Part shown: positions 10,041 through 16,750 of the stretch, piece after piece
Layout of the letters: each line of letters opens with the position of its first letter
How positions within the stretch are numbered: position 1 is the stretch's first letter
Virus record (IMG/VR): IMGVR_UViG_3300028536_000014
Span: 62,001 to 126,000 of that record
DNA: 64,000 nt
Direction: 5' to 3' (one strand)
Program-made: the position numbers and the translations under genes
The notes under the pieces: model-generated
Told to the model about the DNA's origin: nothing
Database searches by the model: none
The model's input: only the letters and a program-made list of their open reading frames with translations

Positions 10041-10538
10041 TTAATGTCTCACTATGCTAACAGATGCCGATTCACCAACAGGCTTGTCAATTCCGGTTGA
10101 TTTACTTCCAGATGTGTCTTTGAATGCGTTGACCGCTTGCATCAGCTGTTCATCAGACAATGAATCTTGTTCGATATTTAATGATTGGCCACTTGCAATA
10201 ATAGTAAGAAGTTCGTTTGAATTGTCGTCAATAATATCGAGACAAAATTTGAAGAAAGTGTTTCGAACAGTGGCTCTCAAACCTAGTGAGAAGTTTGCTT
10301 GATTTGTCCATATGCAGCCGATTGAAAAATCATCGGTGAGATGGTCGTCGTGATAATGTTGGAAGACCTTCTTGAAATCGAGTGCTTCCATACAGCAAAG
10401 AGGACCGCTGAAGGTACCACCACCAGCAGTGTTATGAGACCTGCCGATAAGTGCGGTCAGTTTGGCGTGATATTCCTCGAAAACCGCTACCTGAGTAGCA
10501 AAATCTTCAATGTTCATCACAGACTCCTTTTTAGTCAA
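10041..10538 (-). CDS. Hypothetical protein
   Basis: 165-aa ORF within the tRNA region. Confidence 0.55.
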   Translation of the reverse strand: MTKKESVMNIEDFATQVAVFEEYHAKLTALIGRSHNTAGGGTFSGPLCCMEALDFKKVFQHYHDDHLTDDFSIGCIWTNQANFSLGLRATVRNTFFKFCLDIIDDNSNELLTIIASGQSLNIEQDSLSDEQLMQAVNAFKDTSGSKSTGIDKPVGESASVSIVRH

Positions 10539-10576
10539 ATATCCTTAAAACAGAAAAGATACTGGACTAAAAAAAT

Positions 10577-10652
10577 TGATCCTTTCCCCCGCAACAATCA
10601 AGGCGCTGTGAGAACTCGTCTCGGGCCAGGTTGTATCTAAGAGGAAAGGATC
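10577..10652 (-). repeat. Hairpin element, copy 1, carrying the 21-mer CTGGCCCGAGACGAGTTCTCA
   Basis: Exact 21-nt match at 10609-10629 and 12598-12618; closed by GATCCTTTCC/GGAAAGGATC. Confidence 0.8.
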
Positions 10653-10895
10653 CTGTCTTTTTCATTGCTGCATTGATCCTTCACTTCTGATCTCTGCAAA
10701 CAGATGTGTGCACACACATCGTCATTTTCATTTGTTGTCAGCACGGTGCATAGGTGAGTTCACGTGCGCATATCATTTCTTCCTGTCATAAGCTACCTAC
10801 TTGTTATTTCCACAAGCCGGATTTTTCAGTAGCCCAAACGTGTTTAGTATCCCTAAAATATTAAACACAACCTTCCGCTATTGGCCCTACAAAAC

Positions 10896-11041
10896 TGGTC
10901 AGTCACGGTGTGATTCGAACACACAGCCAAATTGGTCCTTACGCCGAACACCCAATTTGGTACCAACTTTCCATTATCGATATCATGAGTCTCGATAACT
11001 TCTTTGCTAGTAACGTCTACCGTAATTCCGCCACGCGACTG
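10896..11041 (-). tRNA. Non-canonical 146-nt tRNA-Leu-like RNA with extended anticodon and variable arms
   Basis: Acceptor (C)AGTCGCG/CGTGACT(G), discriminator A, CCA; Leu-type D arm TGGCGGAATTACGGTAGACG; T arm GTGTG-TTCGAAT-CACAC. Confidence 0.7.
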
Positions 11042-11049
11042 TTTGAAAA

Positions 11050-11153
11050 TGGCGATCACTCTAGGATTCGAACCCAGCCCCTTTCCGATCGTGTTCAATA
11101 GGCTCTTTGTTTCCTATCGTTCCTATAGACCGAACTGCTTCATCCCAGTACTC
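11050..11153 (-). tRNA. Non-canonical tRNA-like RNA (104 nt), identity unclear
   Basis: T arm CTGGG-TTCGAAT-CCTAG, acceptor GAGTACT/AGTGATC (6 of 7 pairs), G-CCA end; no 7-nt anticodon loop. Confidence 0.55.
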
Positions 11154-11241
11154 GTCTTATACTCAATCAAAGATACTCTCTAGAATTCTCTCTGATCTTT
11201 CTTTGGTTTTCCTGTTCTCTTAGCTTAGTGACCATTGACTA

Positions 11242-11703
11242 TTATGCCGCTAAAGCGGCATCGATTGCATTGATGGCATATAACGTAAAATTAGTTATTT
11301 CTTTACCATCAGAACCCAATTGTGTTATTCCAGCCGTACGAAACTTAACCCTGTCTTTGAATGCATTGGGGTTTTGGTTGAATAGATTTTGTAAAACTAA
11401 CCCTTGTGGTGTTCTAAGAAGACGTATATCGGCAAATAAACTACCATCTTTAATGGTCAGTCTTTCTACGCGATGACTAACTTTGTCTTCAGGAACTTTA
11501 AGAGCGTCGTATGGATCTGGTAACGTTCTTAAATCAGGCATTCCAATTTGTCCAAATATCGGAAACTCACTATTCTTTAAAGTCCGAGACACAACGTCAG
11601 ATGAATAGATTCTGTCATTTTTATTGGGTTTATCCAACGTCATGACTTCGACATCATGTACGATAATGTCTCGTGTAATACAATCGCAATCTTCATCGTA
11701 CAT
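11242..11703 (-). CDS. T4 gp21-like prohead protease homologue with apparently substituted catalytic residues
   Basis: NKNDRIY...FGQIGMP...VSHRV..L..KDG.L.ADIRLL.TPQG..L...FRTAG, resembling NRNGR.Y/GELGHP/VSH/TP.G/SSRG. Confidence 0.55.
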   Translation of the reverse strand: MYDEDCDCITRDIIVHDVEVMTLDKPNKNDRIYSSDVVSRTLKNSEFPIFGQIGMPDLRTLPDPYDALKVPEDKVSHRVERLTIKDGSLFADIRLLRTPQGLVLQNLFNQNPNAFKDRVKFRTAGITQLGSDGKEITNFTLYAINAIDAALAA

Positions 11704-11739
11704 GATGTCTCCTTGAATTCATCACAAATTGTTTTGAAA

Positions 11740-11994
11740 CTAGTGTCCGTAATTACAACCGATCTTGGCTCTTTGACCATTCACTTCGATAATGGTATCG
11801 AAAATACCGCAACATCCTTCATCACGAGCTCTTTGATATTTATCCAAAGCAGCCTCGTCATTCAGATATGCGAATCGACGATTATCGATGCAGTGATCGT
11901 CCACATGTCTTTCCATCCACTCAAGAGCTTCTTCTTGAGTAGCAAAACTTCTTTCTTCTTCTCCGTCGGATGACGTGAAATCGACGATTGTCAT
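11740..11994 (-). CDS. Hypothetical acidic protein
   Basis: 84-aa ORF. Confidence 0.5.
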   Translation of the reverse strand: MTIVDFTSSDGEEERSFATQEEALEWMERHVDDHCIDNRRFAYLNDEAALDKYQRARDEGCCGIFDTIIEVNGQRAKIGCNYGH

Positions 11995-12216
11995 ATCGGA
12001 TTCCTTGGATGATGATAGTTAAGCTACTTCAAAAGCTTCGATATGCTTCGAAGAAATAGTCGCGATTAACGGAAAGAAATCAGGGTCCTTCCCTTCTTTG
12101 ATCCATTGTTTGTAAAACTTCTTTTTGAACCTATAGTTCTTCCATGGAACAGATAGATTGTAAAAGAACAAATTGACTTTCTTACGAAAGGTCATACATC
12201 ATCTTTTAATGTTAAG

Positions 12217-12290
12217 TGGTTGGAGGACTAGGACTCGAACCTAGATTAATGACGTCAAAGGACACCGTCCTACCATTAGACGATCCTCCA
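12217..12290 (-). tRNA. tRNA-Gln(UUG)
   Basis: U1-A72 acceptor TGGAGGA/TCCTCCA, anticodon loop CTTTGAC, CCA. Confidence 0.9.
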
Positions 12291-12566
12291 TCATAATCAC
12301 TTAATCATTAGAAAGAAAATAGGAACAGTTCCGGTTTCCAGGTAAAAACACAAACGTGTCATTTCATACTCCAATCAATAAACCCTTAGACGAGCACACG
12401 ATCACTACGCCTGGTATCACTGGTCCGAATGGGGTTGCAGGGGGGACCCATTCAGCTGAGGCGAAGTTTAACCAAATACCTTCATAATCCATAATTGTAA
12501 CAACGACATCATTAGAATTAGAAGGTTTTCATGAACGTGTGCTCCTCTAAAGATTCACATTAGAAG

Positions 12567-12643
12567 ACCCCTTTCATCATTAACGTCACTGGCACAATGA
12601 GAACTCGTCTCGGGCCAGCCGTCCTTATTTGACGAAAGGGGTC
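12567..12643 (-). repeat. Hairpin element, copy 2, carrying the 21-mer
   Basis: GACCCCTTTC/GAAAGGGGTC stem enclosing CTGGCCCGAGACGAGTTCTCA. Confidence 0.8.
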
Positions 12644-13268
12644 ATGCCACATGCAATATTGGTTTCAACTCCCTTTGAGCGCGATGCTCTCTGCAGAGTT
12701 CCACCATCGAAAGTGTACGAACACTCTCTCTTTCTGCTTTTTCAGCGTGCGGTTAATACACAAGTTAGGACTAGTTGGTTTTGAGTGCCGTAACACTCAC
12801 CTAGGTAGTCCTTGCTGGCTTATGCCAGTAGCCGCGTAACAAACAACACGGGTTTACAAATTATGACCCATATCGTTACGCGGCTATTCGGAGCCTAACG
12901 TCTTCATGTGAGGTATCTCCTCTTGTTGGCAGGTCAAAAGACTTCTCGTAAGAAGCCTGAACATGATGTCGGTGGCGAAAGGTAAGCGGTACCCTCGCAA
13001 CCTGTGACATCACACCTTTCTTACAACGTTTGCCCGAACGAGCTTATGGATTCTCCCCATCTGGCTCGGTGATCTTTCGATCTATTGCCGAAACAGTTCG
13101 GCATAACAACACGGCGGGCAGGTGCTCCTTAACGCCTTTCGGCATACCCTATCTCGAAAGATAGATCAGTCATTCAAGAACAAGAGCGGATCCTTGAATC
13201 AAGACGTAGTGATCGCCGATACCTCGGAGTATCGGTTTAGTTACCGTTAACGTCATACTACCATGCTA

Positions 13269-13360
13269 AGATCAGTGAAGGATGCTATTTCAAGGACGAC
13301 TCCACCGTAATTGGCATCACGGCTTCAAAGTCTCGCATCTATCCTACACATCAAAGATCC
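13269..13360 (-). rRNA. 23S rRNA L1-stalk (H76-H78)-like segment embedded in a phage ncRNA; not a complete rRNA
   Basis: TTGATGTGTAGGATAGATGCGAGACTTTGAAGCCGTGATGCCAATTACGGTGGAGTCGTCCTTGAAATAGCATC: 56 of 74 nt identical to the E. coli sequence as recalled, differences keep pairing. Confidence 0.85.
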
Positions 13361-14150
13361 GTTAAAGTTTCAACAGTACTAAACTAAACCGCGTGAAAGA
13401 AAACACGGGGCGTAACACCGCACCGAAAGAGGGTGAGTATGTTCGTATAGCCCCAGATCATGATCCGCATTCTGTTACCCCAGTCACGTAGGTTAGAGAA
13501 TAACACGAATCACGATTGTTTTCTTTTGTTTAGCGTTCCTGCTAACGATTGCATTGGGTTAGTCCCACGTCCACATTCTGGATGCTCATTTCCAGACTCA
13601 GTTTTCGATGGAGCTTTGGTAACATTCTTTTCGTTGACCTTACCATTTTGATAAGGCTAGAAGTAATAGCGACTTCAAAGAACATGTCTATTGATCAGTG
13701 TATCAAGCACAGACCGTTACGTTGGTCTGTGTTGAATCCCGCTCCAGTTTCCCGGCTACGGCTTCTCCCGTCGATGTTCACTTTTACGAAAAGAATTCAT
13801 TGCTTGGTATAAAGCTTGATGGTAATGGCTTCGCCAGTGTTTATACCACCTGCGCATGGACGATCTCTCCTCCACGACTCACCATTGTTACGAGGCATGC
13901 ATTTGCCCAACACCATTCTGCATTTACCAACCAATACATATATCTGACTTTTTTGATCAGATTAAACGATAATACAAGCACTCCATTAAGCACTCGCGTA
14001 GTGCTCAACAGGCTGCTTCCTCAGACGTAAATAGATCACAAGGTCTACATATCTGAATAGACAACTTGACTAGTCGTGGCCACAACCAATCCGTAGGGTT
14101 TGAATAGTTTCGAATGCCTTCGCTACTACCCCTTCGCAAATCACCCTTAG

Positions 14151-14211
14151 CTGTTATACTTATTTTAATGTTAAAATAAGTTTCGTCCCTTAAAGGACTC
14201 GTCAGTAACAG
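14151..14211 (-). ncRNA. Hammerhead ribozyme (type I)
   Basis: CTGTTA-CTGACGA-GTCC(TTTAAG)GGAC-GAA-ACTTATTTTAA(CA)TTAAAATAAGT-A-TAACAG; predicted cut after GUA, between 14157 and 14156. Confidence 0.9.
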
Positions 14212-14225
14212 TTTTATTCTACAAA

Positions 14226-14301
14226 TGGTGCCCCTGTCTGGTACCGAGCCAGATTCCCTGGCTTACAAAGCCAGACCTCATCCATTAAAGGCTTCAGGGG
14301 C
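14226..14301 (-). tRNA. tRNA-Thr(UGU), atypical T loop
   Basis: GCCCCTG/CAGGGGC acceptor, anticodon loop TTTGTAA, T loop CTCGGTA, CCA. Confidence 0.85.
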
Positions 14302-14308
14302 ATGTTTG

Positions 14309-14782
14309 TCAATTGACGATATTATTTCTCGTCTTGTATTCCTGAATAGCGGCGTTGATTTGATCGTCTGTCAGAAGAAGAACATCGACAATTGAAAAAT
14401 ACATGACGAGCGTTTCATCACCTGTGATTTCTCGTATTTCTTCAACGAAAATGCTATACTTGGCTGGTTCACCAGGAAACAAACCGACAATGATTTCGAG
14501 GCTCACGTTAGAATCATCACGAATCGTACCATCATCATTGGCTGGATACCAATCCAAGCGATACTCGGAGTCCTCATGACATCCAAGATCTTCTTTACCA
14601 TCGATGATCAGATCGAACTCATGTTCACCGAGTTCGACAGAACCAAGACCGTTCGGTTCAGAACTCAAAGCTTCGGTTATCTTGGCAACATATTGAGCGA
14701 AGCGAGCTTTCTCTCGAATGTTTTTCCGAGAATCTTTCTCTACTTCTTCTTCGTACTCTTCATCAAGTTCAGTCATGTTCAA
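14309..14782 (-). CDS. Hypothetical acidic protein
   Basis: 157-aa ORF. Confidence 0.55.
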   Translation of the reverse strand: MNMTELDEEYEEEVEKDSRKNIREKARFAQYVAKITEALSSEPNGLGSVELGEHEFDLIIDGKEDLGCHEDSEYRLDWYPANDDGTIRDDSNVSLEIIVGLFPGEPAKYSIFVEEIREITGDETLVMYFSIVDVLLLTDDQINAAIQEYKTRNNIVN

Positions 14783-14810
14783 CTCCTCTGTTGCGTGCTA
14801 TACCTCTGAG

Positions 14811-15008
14811 TTACTTCGGTTGTTTTGGTTTCAGTTCTTTGACAGAGCCAACAAGAGGTGCGCCGTATCGGCTCCGTAGCAACATCCCACCTAAACGCAA
14901 TCGCTGACCTGGAGTGGCGTTTTTGAATCTGTCAGATGCCATCAGAGTCTCCAAATTCTTCTTGAAGGTTGTGATTCCGCTGAAGGACATATCGTTTCCT
15001 TTTAACAC
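14811..15008 (-). CDS. Hypothetical basic small protein
   Basis: 65-aa ORF. Confidence 0.45.
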   Translation of the reverse strand: MLKGNDMSFSGITTFKKNLETLMASDRFKNATPGQRLRLGGMLLRSRYGAPLVGSVKELKPKQPK

Positions 15009-15012
15009 AAAA

Positions 15013-15062
15013 TGGTCCCCGGAGCCGGAATCGAACCGGCACGCCTTACAGCGAGGGATTTT
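15013..15062 (-). pseudogene. 3-prime half (exon 2) of a tRNA-Leu(UAA)-type gene; 5-prime half decayed
   Basis: AAAATCCCTC-variable arm-GCCGGTTCGATTCCGGC-TCCGGGG-A-CCA; upstream exon keeps only AGGGAACTT, with no matching acceptor strand or D arm. Confidence 0.75.
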
Positions 15063-15706
15063 CTTACCACTATAGCTTTCGCTACCATTAAGAAGTATTC
15101 AGCCTTCACTCTTATAGAGTTATTAACTCAGAGCTATTCCTTACTAACTTCTACATGTTTGTGGTCTGGACTGTACCTTAACCTTAGTTCCAACAGAACT
15201 TTTGATGACTCAGCTACACGGTTTCCCGGCTTTTTATCGAAGTTACTTCGCTAGTCAAAGAAATGCTAATTACTAGAATTAGATCATCGCAATGAAAACT
15301 TTAGGTTGTTGCCTACCAGTCTCTACACGTTTTCTTCTCAAGAACAGTCTGTGGAGATCTAATGTTCTATCCCGGTATCATTACTCCCCAACCATTTCTG
15401 GTCACCGGCTCACATCTACCATACGGTAGCTATTGAAGAATTTCGCTCGGTATTAGCATATGAACTGCAACAGACAACTCACTTAGCTTTCACCGACTTT
15501 GACAACATTCACCCTAGCCCTTACCCCGTTGATATTATCTCTGGACGATGATATCTCTATCACCTATTTATAATGGATGCTAGTTTATACGTCTTTCGAT
15601 TGAGTTGTTTCATGAGGGTAGTGAGAGCTTCAACTCACATAAGCTTTTATTCTTCCAACTCTGTTTTACCAACTCATTTTTCGTAGGTGCTCAAATTAAA
15701 GTACTT
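15063..15706 (-). ncRNA. Group I intron, ORF-less (644 nt), in the tRNA-Leu anticodon
   Basis: P1 CTT|AAG with TTTGAG (U.G at the splice site); core motifs AAAGTCGGTGAAAGCT, GCTAATACCGAG, GTAGAGACTG, AAGGTACAGTCC; terminal G. Confidence 0.88.
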
Positions 15707-15738
15707 AAGTTCCCTTTTCTACAAACTACCAACAACAT

Positions 15739-15824
15739 TGGTGCCCAGGGGGGGACTCGAACCCCCAAAAACCACGGGTTTTAAGCCCGCAAAATGTGCC
15801 ATTCTTTATTAGGTTCACCCAGGC
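15739..15824 (-). tRNA. tRNA with UAA anticodon (Leu), enlarged D region and no long variable arm
   Basis: GCCTGGG/CCTGGGC acceptor, GCGGG-CTTAAAA-CCCGT, GGGGG-TTCGAGT-CCCCC, A-CCA. Confidence 0.75.
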
Positions 15825-15833
15825 TAATACAAA

Positions 15834-16697
15834 TCAGAGATAACTGTATTCTAAATCAGCTATCTTTGCAAAACCTTTTCTTCTTACTTGGTGATTAACA
15901 GCATCGTAACTATGACCGGTTTCTTTGATAGCTTCAGTTAAAGAATTATATATCGTTACTAACTTCCTCACGATATCTTTAACACAAACTATTTTGCGAT
16001 ACCCACCAGTTCTATGACCGTTAACAATATTTCCTTCACCAAGCTGTGTCATTTTCTTAAGATCAAGAATTGGCCACGGATTTCCATCAGCATATTTAAA
16101 CGCGTGATAATCAACGTGATAACCAAAGTTAAGACCTTTTCTTAAACATTTAGAAACTGTTGCTGGATGAACTTCAAATCTTTCGGAGAATTCTCTCAAC
16201 GAATACATAAGAAATTCTCTTGGTTCTAAACCAAGATATTTAACTGCGATAGGTTTGTTATCGCTCATAAATCCAGACAATCGTGCATGTTCTACATTCT
16301 CTTTTCCAGTACACCATTCAAGGTTATCTGGAAGATTATGTAGTTGATTTCCATCACAATGATTAACTTCTAAATTACTAAAAGATTTATCTAGATGTCT
16401 AGATGGTCGACCAATGAAAGTTTTTGCTATCAATCGACTAAATTTATGACATACAGGTTTTTTGCCAGGGCTTGTTATAATTACACCTACCGTACCATTA
16501 CCAGAAAGTTGTGGTTTTAACAAGTTACCTGTATGTATGTTTACTATTTTTCCATCTCGACTAACACCAAGTCTTTTGTCATCAGGAAAGTAAAAGAAGT
16601 TATCGAAACCGAGTACCGGTTCAGGATGAACTTCTTCCAAATCAGAAGGATCATTCATCCTTACTACGGCACTCATATCAAGACTCCTGTTGTTCAA
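15834..16697 (-). CDS. Free-standing HNH homing endonuclease (NUMOD4/HNH type)
   Basis: VSRDGKI...LKPQ...RLIAKTFI...VNHCDGNQLHNLPDNLEWCT.KEN..HA. Confidence 0.88.
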   Translation of the reverse strand: MNNRSLDMSAVVRMNDPSDLEEVHPEPVLGFDNFFYFPDDKRLGVSRDGKIVNIHTGNLLKPQLSGNGTVGVIITSPGKKPVCHKFSRLIAKTFIGRPSRHLDKSFSNLEVNHCDGNQLHNLPDNLEWCTGKENVEHARLSGFMSDNKPIAVKYLGLEPREFLMYSLREFSERFEVHPATVSKCLRKGLNFGYHVDYHAFKYADGNPWPILDLKKMTQLGEGNIVNGHRTGGYRKIVCVKDIVRKLVTIYNSLTEAIKETGHSYDAVNHQVRRKGFAKIADLEYSYL

Positions 16698-16750
16698 AAT
16701 GTGTATTCCAGTTCCACCACGCTTCCACAGTCGTGTGACACATTATTGCA

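Larger units (their letters stand above)
12300..14156 (-). ncRNA. Large (~1.85 kb) structured ncRNA containing 23S rRNA-like modules
   Basis: No credible coding-strand ORF between two tRNAs; dense hairpins with GNRA/UUCG loops; L1-stalk copy at 13269-13360; H83-H88-like motifs at 12675-12910; long-range helices. Confidence 0.8.

Noticed and set aside
12423-12466. Plus-strand TCCGAATGGGG...ACCCA...TGAGGCGAA resembling 23S domain I, which would be antisense in the transcript
   Set aside because: Short patches within a self-complementary hairpin; cannot be told from chance without a statistical alignment
13399-13412. CCCCGTG resembling 23S nt 2063-2069
   Set aside because: Position is roughly right, but it forms a local hairpin with CACGCGG and the H74 partner is missing
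13476-13486. TGACTGGGG, identical to the 23S P loop (H80)
   Set aside because: Only 9 nt, out of order (upstream of the L1 stalk) and without the closing GGTC; treated as chance
13990-14004. AGGAAGCAGCC as SRP RNA domain IV or 23S H43
   Set aside because: The required 5-prime partner (CAGG or GGCT) is not present
12651-14030. Short plus-strand ORFs across the large ncRNA, and likewise 15012-15254 and 37297-37662
   Set aside because: Opposite to the coding strand, atypical composition, overlapping structured RNA or intron cores
12300-14156. A complete or contaminating host 23S rRNA gene
   Set aside because: PTC and A-loop motifs are absent, most of the length has no recognisable rRNA similarity, and the similar part is diverged with compensated changes and flanked by phage tRNAs
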